Shown: positions 25,825 to 34,538 of the stretch, in pieces | Layout of the letters: every line of letters starts with the position of its first letter | Numbering within the stretch: position 1 is the stretch's first letter | IMG/VR virus record: IMGVR_UViG_3300030372_001582 | Coordinates: 1 to 35,715 of that record | Source: a virus | Taxonomy: Duplodnaviria; Caudoviricetes | Reading direction: 5' to 3' (one strand) | Length of the DNA stretch: 35,715 bases | The notes under the pieces: model-generated | What the model was told of the DNA's origin: nothing | What the model saw: the letters and a program-made list of their open reading frames with translations, nothing else | Databases searched by the model: none | Position numbers and translations under genes: made by a program

Positions 25825-26361
25825 TTATGTATTAATTAATTGAGACATAGCTGAGTCTGATACAGTGTATTTATCATACACATTATCCACACTACCACCT
25901 GAACTTAAATACTGTTTTACTTTATTAAAGTTTGGATGTTTAGGGGTCAGCATTTCTTTTTTAACGGGCTTCTTCCCGTGATCGTTTGTTGCATCTGCAT
26001 CTTTGGTGTCGTCTATCAAGAACAAACCATTTAAGGCATACTTTCTTGCATAACTTGAGGACGCACCATAAGATTGTGCTACGTCCATACCTTTTTTGCT
26101 TGGATCAATACCAGCTTGAGCTGATACACTTAACGATTCGTCACCATCTGTTATTGAAGCAGTAGCTTCACAATACAGTGGATCGCTATTTATCTTGTCT
26201 GTAAGCGTCAATACTAAACCTTCTGCGTTTAAGAGTGGCTTTACAGACTCTAAGATATCTTCGCAAGAACGGTAGTTATAATTACCGAACTTATTGCGTT
26301 GATTTTTTGGTGCTTTCAGCTTTTGCTGAATAGCCACAAGTTTTGTAATAAGTGATTTCAT
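25825..26361 (-). CDS. erf: ERF-family single-strand annealing recombinase
   Basis: LKAPK.Q.N.FG.Y.YRSCEDILE.VKP and Q..GA.SSYARKYALNGLF.IDD.KD.D. Confidence 0.92.
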   Translation of the reverse strand: MKSLITKLVAIQQKLKAPKNQRNKFGNYNYRSCEDILESVKPLLNAEGLVLTLTDKINSDPLYCEATASITDGDESLSVSAQAGIDPSKKGMDVAQSYGASSSYARKYALNGLFLIDDTKDADATNDHGKKPVKKEMLTPKHPNFNKVKQYLSSGGSVDNVYDKYTVSDSAMSQLINT

Positions 26362-26366
26362 TGTGA

Positions 26367-26374
26367 CAAATATA
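26367..26374 (-). promoter_or_regulatory. Bacteroidota-type -7 box TATATTTG upstream of erf
   Basis: Exact TAnnTTTG match 5 nt before the ATG. Confidence 0.55.
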
Positions 26375-26384
26375 TAATAAATTA

Positions 26385-26585
26385 TTAAATATCAAAATCT
26401 TCATTCAATAGCATATCTGCTTTTTTATGGTCTACATCTGATTGTAAACTATTATTGTAGAATGCTATTTCCACTAAACATCTCTTTAACTCATTTATTT
26501 GTTTATCATCTAAACAAGTAACCTTATCTAATATTTTTACAATTCTAACATAACTGTCTAAGTATTGTGTTTCTTTTACTATCAT
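26385..26585 (-). CDS. Hypothetical protein (66 aa from ATG 26585)
   Basis: ORF track (TTG at 26591); ATG two codons later. Confidence 0.6.
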   Translation of the reverse strand: MIVKETQYLDSYVRIVKILDKVTCLDDKQINELKRCLVEIAFYNNSLQSDVDHKKADMLLNEDFDI

Positions 26586-26588
26586 ACT

Positions 26589-26596
26589 CAAATATA
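26589..26596 (-). promoter_or_regulatory. Bacteroidota-type -7 box TATATTTG heading the replication module
   Basis: Exact TAnnTTTG match 3 nt before ATG 26585. Confidence 0.5.
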
Positions 26597-26605
26597 TTAT
26601 TTTTT

Positions 26606-26634
26606 TTTAACAACGCTTTTTAGGCGTTGTTAAA
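26606..26634. repeat. 11-bp perfect inverted repeat TTTAACAACGC-N7-GCGTTGTTAAA
   Basis: Read directly; flanked by a nearly pure A/T tract at 26631-26694. Confidence 0.85.
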
Positions 26635-26687
26635 TAATATATTATATTATATATATAATATAATTTATTTATGTATTATATAATATA

Positions 26688-27089
26688 TTATATAGAGCTT
26701 ATATAAAATTTTTTATTTGCTACTCTATAATGCCATATTGAGTCTGGCTTTAGATCATCATTGTCTACATAAACTCTATCGTCTGTAAAAGCTATTCTTG
26801 TAAATCCAACCTCCAAAAGTGCTGTCATAATTCTATATCTTTTGTAGTTATTTTTACAAAATATTTCACAAGCTCTGCCTATAAGGTGCGATGAGTTGTT
26901 AAGTTCATTACGCCTGACTTGTCCGTCAGGAGATACATAACCTTTTACTATTTTAAATTTTATCTTACAAAGGTGTCTAGCTTCATCTAGCATCATAAGA
27001 AACTCCCTGTCCATATATTTGTAACCAGTCTCATCATACCTTGAATAAGGACAATTAAACTCGTCATATGTAAAATATCTAAGTAGAAT
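26688..27089 (-). CDS. Degenerate peptidase M15A-like protein (possible ATT start)
   Basis: In-frame LRYFTYDEFNCP upstream of ATG 27014; LDEAR, KGYV (for SGYR), SSHLIGRACE (for H-x6-D) and VYVD (for IHVD). Confidence 0.65.
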   Translation of the reverse strand: MLLRYFTYDEFNCPYSRYDETGYKYMDREFLMMLDEARHLCKIKFKIVKGYVSPDGQVRRNELNNSSHLIGRACEIFCKNNYKRYRIMTALLEVGFTRIAFTDDRVYVDNDDLKPDSIWHYRVANKKFYISSI

Positions 27090-27091
27090 AA

Positions 27092-27220
27092 TTATCTTTT
27101 TATGCCTTGACCTATGTACTTCTTTTTGTAACCTATTTGGTTGCGTGAAGCATTTTTAGAATGTACACCAGGTCTTTTTTTCTTTACTTTGTATCTGTGA
27201 ATATAGCCTAACTTAGCCAC
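27092..27220 (-). CDS. Basic micro-protein (42 aa) MAKLGYIHRYKVKKKRPGVHSKNASRNQIGYKKKYIGQGIKR
   Basis: GTG start overlapping the holin TAG; KKRPG.HSK...YKK.Y.GQG pattern recalled from small phage proteins. Confidence 0.7.
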   Translation of the reverse strand: MAKLGYIHRYKVKKKRPGVHSKNASRNQIGYKKKYIGQGIKR

Positions 27221-27675
27221 TATCTCTTAAATATATTTGTAGATTTTTCTGCTGTTCTACCACCAAAGTATGCTAGCACACAGGCCATCATTACTTTTTC
27301 AAACGTGTCGTTCCAAACTTCGTTTATGTGAAAAGGAACCGAATCAATACTGTCCAGTATACCAGCAAAACTAAACACCACAATACACCAAACAAGAACA
27401 AGAGGGCGAACGTTTTTGCTAAGCCAAGAATCACTAGCTGCATCAGCTTGCCATCTACTTGTAATAGACTCCATTTCTTTATTTTGTTGTTCATATATAA
27501 GTTGTTGTAATTTAATTTTATCTCCTGTAGATATTTTAGCTTTAGTTATTTCTGCTATAGCTTCCTTTGGATTTGTAACACCCTGTAACACACTACCTAG
27601 TGTAGGATTTATAACAGAAGCTGCACCAAAAAGCAGCTTCCCTACTGTCGTATCTTTAAATTTTTTCTTACTCAT
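27220..27675 (-). CDS. Holin-like membrane protein
   Basis: RWQAD..SDSWLSKNVRPL.L, two C-terminal TM helices, AYFGGR..EK; next to the endolysin. Confidence 0.75.
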   Translation of the reverse strand: MSKKKFKDTTVGKLLFGAASVINPTLGSVLQGVTNPKEAIAEITKAKISTGDKIKLQQLIYEQQNKEMESITSRWQADAASDSWLSKNVRPLVLVWCIVVFSFAGILDSIDSVPFHINEVWNDTFEKVMMACVLAYFGGRTAEKSTNIFKR

Positions 27676-27676
27676 A

Positions 27677-27823
27677 TTACCACCATTTTATATGTAAAAC
27701 TATAAACAAAAGATATATATTGAGTTCATTAAAATCATCTATGTTATCTTTTACAAAGTACGAGTAACCAAGCAACAAACCGACCTCTGCTCTGTTTATT
27801 ACTCTAAACTCAACATTATACAT
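27677..27823 (-). CDS. Hydrophobic micro-protein (48 aa) MYNVEFRVINRAEVGLLLGYSYF...ELNIYLLFIVLHIKWW
   Basis: Overlaps the endolysin stop by 8 nt and ends 1 nt before the holin ATG. Confidence 0.65.
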   Translation of the reverse strand: MYNVEFRVINRAEVGLLLGYSYFVKDNIDDFNELNIYLLFIVLHIKWW

Positions 27824-28280
27824 TTGTTATGTCAATATATTTTACACCGTTTTTATCTCTAACAGCTTTAAGTATTCTGTTACGATTTTTTTCTTTGTCT
27901 ACATAAGATATATGCAGCCAATCAGGGTTTTCTTCATTACCGAACTCCCATATCATTTGGTCAAAGTCTAAATTATCTTTAACCCAATAAAACATTTCTT
28001 TGTTGGTTTTGTGTCCAAACACATCATCTATATCAATCGCTTGTCCTTTGCAGTGCTGACTAGATATTTTTGATCCAAGTGCAAGACATAAATCAGGGCT
28101 GCGATAAAAGCTTGTAATCTTCACGGGACCGCCAACCCAAGATCTCAAAGGTTCAAATATATTATCAGCAAGCGTTTTCATATTAGCTAATGCTTTGCCG
28201 TTTGGCGTATTGTCTATACCCAAACGCAAAGCTGTAATACTTTTTGTTGCTTCTTTTTCTGATATATGCTCAGATATCAT
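27816..28280 (-). CDS. Endolysin, peptidase M15A family
   Basis: ITSFYRS, SQHCKGQAID (H-x6-D), FDQ.IWE and WLHISY. Confidence 0.9.
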   Translation of the reverse strand: MISEHISEKEATKSITALRLGIDNTPNGKALANMKTLADNIFEPLRSWVGGPVKITSFYRSPDLCLALGSKISSQHCKGQAIDIDDVFGHKTNKEMFYWVKDNLDFDQMIWEFGNEENPDWLHISYVDKEKNRNRILKAVRDKNGVKYIDITNV

Positions 28281-28286
28281 AATCTA

Positions 28287-28622
28287 TTAGTTTGTTGCAA
28301 CCCTTGTATACCTGCTTTTTTCGATAACATTTTGTATCTCTTGTACAGGTACTTTTATAGATAGTGATATGCCAGCATCCCATCTACCTATTAGGTTTCT
28401 GTCTCTATATAAAAATATTACTGGTACAGATTTTATTTGATCTTTTACTGATTGTTTTTGTTCTTCTAATAATGCACGAACTATTTTTGCACCTTTTATT
28501 TTATTTAGGTCTTTATAATCATTTCTAAAATTCCAGGAGCTGTTTATATGTAACACTGTGTAGTCTTGTGCACTAGCTGTTGCATATGCAAAAAACGCAA
28601 TCAGGACAAATATCTGTTTCAT
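28287..28622 (-). CDS. Secreted thioredoxin-fold-like protein lacking CxxC
   Basis: Signal peptide MKQIFVLIAFFAYATASA; VLHINSSWN in place of F.A.WC..C; IKSVPVIFLY.D......W. Confidence 0.55.
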   Translation of the reverse strand: MKQIFVLIAFFAYATASAQDYTVLHINSSWNFRNDYKDLNKIKGAKIVRALLEEQKQSVKDQIKSVPVIFLYRDRNLIGRWDAGISLSIKVPVQEIQNVIEKSRYTRVATN

Positions 28623-28900
28623 TTCTGTATGATTTCGTATAGTTTTTCATCTATTTTATCTAGTTTTTCCGAGTTCTCTTGTACTTGTTCAGCAGTGTTT
28701 TCAATAGTTTCTCTAATAAGCTGATCCTTTAAATCATATTCTGTTCTTGTTAGCTCGGGTTTTGGCAATTCTTTTGCTAACTCTATCTCAGCAGTCAACG
28801 TGAAATAAAGGCCAGCAAGGGATATTGCACCAGCTAAAATTATACCTATAGTTTTAAGATCAAGTTTTACTTGTGTTTCTTCATTTATTACTTGGCTCAT
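28619..28900 (-). CDS. Single-TM plus coiled-coil protein (lysis accessory?)
   Basis: Probable start MSQVINEE; TM IGIILAGAISLAGLYF followed by a charged helix. Confidence 0.65.
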   Translation of the reverse strand: MSQVINEETQVKLDLKTIGIILAGAISLAGLYFTLTAEIELAKELPKPELTRTEYDLKDQLIRETIENTAEQVQENSEKLDKIDEKLYEIIQK

Positions 28901-29129
28901 CTTCTTTAATTTCTTCGTAAGAGCCATCAGAAACATTTATACTAACTTTCCCGTATTTTTCTTCGAGCTCCTTTCTAAGATTATTATATTCTTGCATTAC
29001 TGTTGTATATGTGTTTTTAAGAATATGCGTATTTAACTGAATACTACCAAGTTCCAATTTTATACTTGTCATTTGTTGCTCGTAATTTTGTATTTTCTTT
29101 AACTCTTGTTCGTCAATTTTTTTGCTCAT
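28881..29129 (-). CDS. Coiled-coil protein (82 aa)
   Basis: ELG.I...LEEKYG.VSIN..DG.Y. Confidence 0.7.
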   Translation of the reverse strand: MSKKIDEQELKKIQNYEQQMTSIKLELGSIQLNTHILKNTYTTVMQEYNNLRKELEEKYGKVSINVSDGSYEEIKEDEPSNK

Positions 29130-29158
29130 AATATTAGATTTTTGTCTAATATAATAAA

Positions 29159-29476
29159 TTACCAGTCAGGACGCAAAACTACGTCAACTGGATTTTCTTG
29201 TAAGTCTATTTGACCTTTTAGGTTTAGCTTCATATTGTCTACGTCTAAACCATCTTCTAGCCATTTTACAACGTCATCTTTTTTTAGATCACTGTACTCA
29301 ATAAAGTTATCTTTATCATACACAACAGAGTGTGTACCAATCGTATTAGCTGAGTAATCACCTTTTGATGCATTGTATCCCCAGTGCACGTTATATATAA
29401 CGTCACTGTGGTCGTCTTCTTTTATTTTTGCATCAAGTGCGTTTATTTGCCATTCGTAAGTTATTTTATTTGCCAT
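29159..29476 (-). CDS. Tail-fibre-associated small protein (105 aa)
   Basis: Y.W.I..LD...VIY.VHW...F..Y.DL....V..W...P.W; downstream of the fibre. Confidence 0.65.
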   Translation of the reverse strand: MANKITYEWQINALDAKIKEDDHSDVIYNVHWGYNASKGDYSANTIGTHSVVYDKDNFIEYSDLKKDDVVKWLEDGLDVDNMKLNLKGQIDLQENPVDVVLRPDW

Positions 29477-29503
29477 TTTATTTGTTTATTAATTAATTAT
29501 ATT

Positions 29504-30025
29504 TTAACAATTACCGCCACCTATTATTGATCCGTTACTGCCTACCTGTATAAATTTACCTGATGTACTACCACCACTTGTAAATATTTGATAAAAACCA
29601 ACCTCTGCAACTAAACTACCTGATGTGTTCTTGAAAGCTGTATAAACTCCAGTTAAATCGTCAGGGAACAAGTTGTTTGTGTCGTTGTGATAATAAGGGC
29701 CAAGAGGAAAAGCTGCTAAACAAGCATCATTTGATGTTGAATCACTATATACAAAATCAAAAGCTGTGAGTGTAACATTTTGTTCATAACCTCTAAACTC
29801 ACTTATTTGTAGTGGATTTGCACCATCAGGTTTACTTTCGCTAGGGTTTAGTGTATTTATAGCTGGATAGCTATTACCTGAACCACTTGAATTGCCACCA
29901 CTTAATCTTGATAAATCTGATAAAAATATTGGGCTTGTTATTGTTGCGTTAGATGTATATCCATTGCCTTTTCTTTCTCTTGCTAGTTTTAACATTTCTA
30001 TTGTTCCACTTGTAGGTACTGCCAT
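29504..30025 (-). CDS. Putative fibre-tip / adhesin protein (173 aa)
   Basis: MAVP.SG.I.M...ISEFRGY N-terminal module; TAATG-coupled to the fibre gene. Confidence 0.6.
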   Translation of the reverse strand: MAVPTSGTIEMLKLARERKGNGYTSNATITSPIFLSDLSRLSGGNSSGSGNSYPAINTLNPSESKPDGANPLQISEFRGYEQNVTLTAFDFVYSDSTSNDACLAAFPLGPYYHNDTNNLFPDDLTGVYTAFKNTSGSLVAEVGFYQIFTSGGSTSGKFIQVGSNGSIIGGGNC

Positions 30026-33000
30026 TATTTAATTTGTTTTTTAAGTTCTTCTATCTCTTGTTTTAAATCTTTAATTGCTTCTATCAAGTAACCTGTTAAG
30101 TTGCCATAAGCAACGCCTAATGTATCACCTGTTTCATTTACAAGTTCAGGTGCTATTTTTTGTATCTCTTGAGCTATAACACCGCTACTTTCTTTATTAG
30201 TATCAATTCTAGTAAAGCTAACACCTCGCATATCAAAAACCTTTTTACCATCTAATGTTTTGATGTTTTTCTTTAGTTTTCTATCTGAAAAAGCTATTAC
30301 ATCTGCTGATGCTCTAATGTCACCAGTAACATCTAATTTTAAACCTGGCGATGTATTTCCAATACCAACTCGACCTGAACTATCAATACGCATTCTTTCT
30401 GTGTCATTAGTTCCAAATAACAAATAACTATTTTCTCTTTGCATTATACCAGCATCATTTCCATTTGTAAATAAAGTTAACCCATCATTACTTGTTGAAC
30501 CAGATGAGCTATTAGTTAAATGAACTTGACTATATCCTGTACTACCTTCGTGAACGTGTAAAGGACCTCTTGCTATTGTTGATATTCCAATTCCTACATT
30601 ACCAGCATATCTTTGTAACACCAATGGCGTTGCACCAACACCTCTGTTTACAGATTGTAAAAAACAAAAATCACCACCATCATCAACACCTATATTTAAC
30701 ATCATACCTAATGCACCTGATGTTGATTTAGCTACTATTTGACCAAATGTGTCAATTGTACTAAAAGTAACATTAGCATTTGATTCTAACCTAGCATTTG
30801 GCGAAGTTGTTCCGATACCAACATTACCTCCATTAGCAATAAATATTCTACCATCTGCTGCACCTAGCTCACCTAAATTTAATCCTGTTGTTCTTGCTGC
30901 CCAATACCAATTACTTCCACCACCACTATTTGCTAATCTAATTTGCCCGCCATCTGTTCCGCTATTTACAGAATATATATTGCCTACAACGTGCAGCTTT
31001 TGACTAGGCGAAGTTGTTCCTATTCCGACATTAGATGAAGGGTTTATAATTATATGTCCAGAATTATTTTCTATATGAAATCTTTCATTGTTTGATAATA
31101 CTTTACTATCAGTTCCATTAGCAATCAAATCAACAAAATCTCTATCACCACCGCTAGCGTATCTTGGTCCAACTCTGAGTGTTGAATTAGCACCACCAAC
31201 TTCTAAGTTAGCGGTAGCTGCGGTTGTTCCTATGGCAATTTTACCATCCGATTGTATTCGCATTCTTTCTGTACCACTTGTATAACTTCTTATTTGGCTA
31301 ATACTTCCACTTCCCGCCCTAAGTTGTAATAAACCACCATTACCTGATTCATTGCCCGATATATGTACTGATGCACCTCTACTATCCCCATCTGTACCAC
31401 CACCTGCAATAATTAATTGTGCATTATCTGAACCATCAGTAGTATTTGATGAAATTGTAGTATTACCGTTAAATTTTAAATTACCTGAGTGAGTTAAAAC
31501 ACCTTGAGTATTTACTCCTGTTTGGTCTGCTACTATTCTAAAAGCACCACCACTTGCATCTGCTCTAAAAACTTCTCCACTTGTTGATACAACTTCTAAT
31601 TTAGCGTTAGAACCTCCTGCGACACCAACACCTACTGCACCTGCAAAAGTTGCGTTTTGTGATGTGTCTAAGGTTAAAGCTAGTGTGTTAGATGGAGCAA
31701 ACTGAATACCGCCTGTTGCTCTTATATGAGGACTATTAGCTAAAGCACCAGTAAAAGTATTATCAACATCTCCATTTAATCCAAAGTATGCACTAATAGC
31801 ACCACCGTCTTGTCTTAAATGTAATCTTGGATTATCATTTTCATTATTATTATCTGTATCTGCTTCAATAAGTAATTCTGTATCTCCAACAGATTTTGTT
31901 AAAGTTACATTACCTTCAAATTTACCACCGCCGTCTACGTGTAATTTAGCATTAGGCGAAGTTGTTCCGATTCCTACATTTCCTCCAGATGTGATACGCA
32001 TTCTTTCTGTAGGCACTTGAAACAATAAATCATCACTAGAAGTTTGTATTATTGCTTTTGTACTTCCATTTTGCTTTAATCTAAGTTTTGGTGTGTTGCT
32101 TGTATCGTTTACTATTAATTCAGCACCACTTGAAAGAACTTCAACATCACCTGCAAAAGTTGCGTTTTGAGATTTGTCAAGTGCAAGGGCAACAGTTAAA
32201 GTTTCTGTTCCATCAGGTACTGTATAGAAATTCATTTTACTTGGTGCGTCTCCATTGGCAACTGCTTGTCCATCTGCAACAACTTGTATGCCTCCCATTT
32301 GTGCAAAATCAGTTCCATCAAATCCTTGAAATCTTAATATACCACCTTGACCATTTGGCAAAGCGACTGTAGGTGCTGAAGCATCTCTTGACCTTAACGA
32401 TAACAAATTAGCTGTTCCATCTCTCCTGCCTTCAATAATCACAGAGCCGCCCTCTCCTGTTCCACTACCACCATCAGGATTACTTGTGTCTATAAATTGT
32501 GCTGATGTACCTGTAATACTACCCGCAAAAGTTGAATTTCCTGACCTTGTAATTTTTAAAACATCCCCACCATCTGCATTAGCATCATTATTGTCAGTTC
32601 TTGCTGTAAACCTTAATTCTTCTGATACATTTATAATTCTAAATACTTTATCATCTGTACCCTCATCTGTGTCTTTTAAAATAATCTCAGGGTCATTTGC
32701 CTCAATAGTTAATGTTTTTCCAGTTTGTTTTATTGTACCTGCAAAAATTGCGTTAGCACCATTTAAAACCAAAGGTGTTGTATCTAATGCGCTACTAACA
32801 GAAGTCCTAAAATTAAAATCTTGACCTAATGTTGTATGGTCTATAAAAGCACCACCCGCAGAATTAAATCTTAAGTTATTTTCAGCAAATCTTGAATTAT
32901 TTGTTCCTACTGATATTTGACTTCCATTTATGTCTACATTTCCTGCAAAAGTTGCTGATAAATCTTTAGCTAATGTCAAAGATGTAGATGCGGCATTTTT

Positions 33001-34536
33001 AAATATAATATTTGCGTTAGTACCATTGTTGTTATCTTCAACACTAATAGTCATATTATCTTCGTTAGTAAATAATTTAGCTGTAGAATCTAATCTTAAA
33101 TCGCCACCACCTACATTTACATCACCTGCGAAAGTTGCATTATCACCTGAAATAGCAATAGGTGCGTCTGTTAGTGTATCACTATCAGACCACATTACTA
33201 CATCATTAGCTGTACCGCTACCATCAACAGCACCAGTTGCGTTTATTGTGACTGTTTGATTGCTAACAGATGTTGTTACATTAGTACCTCCAGCTATAGT
33301 AAATGTTTGTGAATCTAAATCGACTGACCCTGTTCCACTATCACCTGCTATATCTAAATCCTCACCACTTATTTGTCCGTCAACATAAGTTTTAATTGCT
33401 TTTGCAGAAGCTAATGTATCGTCAGAACCAGATACTGAACTTAAATCGGTATCTAAAACACCACTTTTTAAATTGTCAACTTCTATATTAGAAACTGTAT
33501 TGTTATCAAGATCTATTGTTTTATTAGTTAATGTTTGTGATGATGTAAGTTGAACAATATCACTGTTTGTAATGCTTGCTATTTTTGTCGCTGTTGCTGC
33601 ATTTCCAGTTGTTGAACCAGAGCTTCCACTTACATTACCTGTAACATCACCAGTCAAATTACCTGTTACATCTCCAGTTAAATCCCCTGTTACATCTCCA
33701 GTAACATTACCTGTCACATTACCTGTTAAATTACCTGTTACATTACCTGTTATAGTGCCCGTTACTGTGATACCTGTACTTGTAGTTTGTAATTTTGTAG
33801 AGCCTTGATGTTGTAAATTTATATTTGTATTTGCTGTAATATCAAGTTGTCCGTTTATAGCGTTTATTTGGCCGCTTGTAGTGTTAGATAATATTCTTAA
33901 ATCAAAATCATCACTAAATGGGCCTTTTAAGTCTATTATAGCACCAGACGGTCCACCTAGCTCAACTTGTGCAAAACCGCTTGCAGCTTCTAATTCAATA
34001 TTGCCTGTAAAACTACCTGTTGTTGCTTCTAAACTACCAATAACTAAACCTGCTTTTGTATAGCCAGTTCCGCTTGTGTCAACCGTTGTTGTAGGTTCAA
34101 CTTGTAATGATTTGAATAGTTTGAATTTATCATCACCCTCATCTCTAAATAGTCCTGCAAACAATGTTGTGCTACTAGGACTATATTTACCATAAAACCC
34201 TATATCAACAGCGTCTGTAGATGTATTATTATTAGCTAAAACTATAAGTGGGTCTTTTACTGTAAGTGTATCTGTTCCTACAGTTGTTAAGCTTCCCTCT
34301 ACAACTAAATTTCCTGTTACTGTTAAATTGCCACCAAACTTACCATCACCAGACGCATGAAATTGTACAGTCGGTGTTACACCTACTCCAATTTGTGAAG
34401 TAGATAAAAATAATGGACTGTTGTTGCCAAAACCATCAGTTATTCTTTTTGCACCTGTGGTTAAGTTTCCGTTGTCTGTTAATTTAATTAACGATTGATA
34501 AGTGTCTTTTATTTTATTTCCTGAGAGTGTCGCCAT
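30025..34536 (-). CDS. Long tail fibre with C-terminal peptidase S74 intramolecular chaperone (N-terminus allele B)
   Basis: 1503 aa; repeated ERMRI..SG.VGIGTT.P and ATFAG motifs; SDRKLKKNI...GVIAQE.....PELV...VAYGNL..YLIEAIK.L. Confidence 0.9.
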   Translation of the reverse strand: MATLSGNKIKDTYQSLIKLTDNGNLTTGAKRITDGFGNNSPLFLSTSQIGVGVTPTVQFHASGDGKFGGNLTVTGNLVVEGSLTTVGTDTLTVKDPLIVLANNNTSTDAVDIGFYGKYSPSSTTLFAGLFRDEGDDKFKLFKSLQVEPTTTVDTSGTGYTKAGLVIGSLEATTGSFTGNIELEAASGFAQVELGGPSGAIIDLKGPFSDDFDLRILSNTTSGQINAINGQLDITANTNINLQHQGSTKLQTTSTGITVTGTITGNVTGNLTGNVTGNVTGDVTGDLTGDVTGNLTGDVTGNVSGSSGSTTGNAATATKIASITNSDIVQLTSSQTLTNKTIDLDNNTVSNIEVDNLKSGVLDTDLSSVSGSDDTLASAKAIKTYVDGQISGEDLDIAGDSGTGSVDLDSQTFTIAGGTNVTTSVSNQTVTINATGAVDGSGTANDVVMWSDSDTLTDAPIAISGDNATFAGDVNVGGGDLRLDSTAKLFTNEDNMTISVEDNNNGTNANIIFKNAASTSLTLAKDLSATFAGNVDINGSQISVGTNNSRFAENNLRFNSAGGAFIDHTTLGQDFNFRTSVSSALDTTPLVLNGANAIFAGTIKQTGKTLTIEANDPEIILKDTDEGTDDKVFRIINVSEELRFTARTDNNDANADGGDVLKITRSGNSTFAGSITGTSAQFIDTSNPDGGSGTGEGGSVIIEGRRDGTANLLSLRSRDASAPTVALPNGQGGILRFQGFDGTDFAQMGGIQVVADGQAVANGDAPSKMNFYTVPDGTETLTVALALDKSQNATFAGDVEVLSSGAELIVNDTSNTPKLRLKQNGSTKAIIQTSSDDLLFQVPTERMRITSGGNVGIGTTSPNAKLHVDGGGKFEGNVTLTKSVGDTELLIEADTDNNNENDNPRLHLRQDGGAISAYFGLNGDVDNTFTGALANSPHIRATGGIQFAPSNTLALTLDTSQNATFAGAVGVGVAGGSNAKLEVVSTSGEVFRADASGGAFRIVADQTGVNTQGVLTHSGNLKFNGNTTISSNTTDGSDNAQLIIAGGGTDGDSRGASVHISGNESGNGGLLQLRAGSGSISQIRSYTSGTERMRIQSDGKIAIGTTAATANLEVGGANSTLRVGPRYASGGDRDFVDLIANGTDSKVLSNNERFHIENNSGHIIINPSSNVGIGTTSPSQKLHVVGNIYSVNSGTDGGQIRLANSGGGSNWYWAARTTGLNLGELGAADGRIFIANGGNVGIGTTSPNARLESNANVTFSTIDTFGQIVAKSTSGALGMMLNIGVDDGGDFCFLQSVNRGVGATPLVLQRYAGNVGIGISTIARGPLHVHEGSTGYSQVHLTNSSSGSTSNDGLTLFTNGNDAGIMQRENSYLLFGTNDTERMRIDSSGRVGIGNTSPGLKLDVTGDIRASADVIAFSDRKLKKNIKTLDGKKVFDMRGVSFTRIDTNKESSGVIAQEIQKIAPELVNETGDTLGVAYGNLTGYLIEAIKDLKQEIEELKKQIK
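33625..33750 (-). repeat. 12-nt tandem coding repeat, about 10 x (T-G-N/D-V/L)
   Basis: TGNVTGNLTGNVTGNVTGDVTGDLTGDVTGNLTGDVTGNV. Confidence 0.9.
33932..34008. repeat. 77-bp exact direct repeat of 1-77
   Basis: Base-by-base comparison. Confidence 0.95.
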
Positions 34537-34538
34537 AA

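Noticed and set aside
25883-25891. Perfect DnaA box TTATCCACA
   Set aside because: Isolated and inside erf coding sequence; compatible with chance.
33625-33750. TG(N/D)(V/L) tandem repeat as a novel element
   Set aside because: A common fibre shaft repeat with degenerate codons; listed as a feature only.
1311-34063. All plus-strand ORFs in the track
   Set aside because: They are antisense shadows of well-supported minus-strand genes with no recognisable motifs.
30025-34536. Invertase/shufflon-type fibre switching
   Set aside because: No site-specific recombinase and no inverted fibre cassettes; all repeats are direct.
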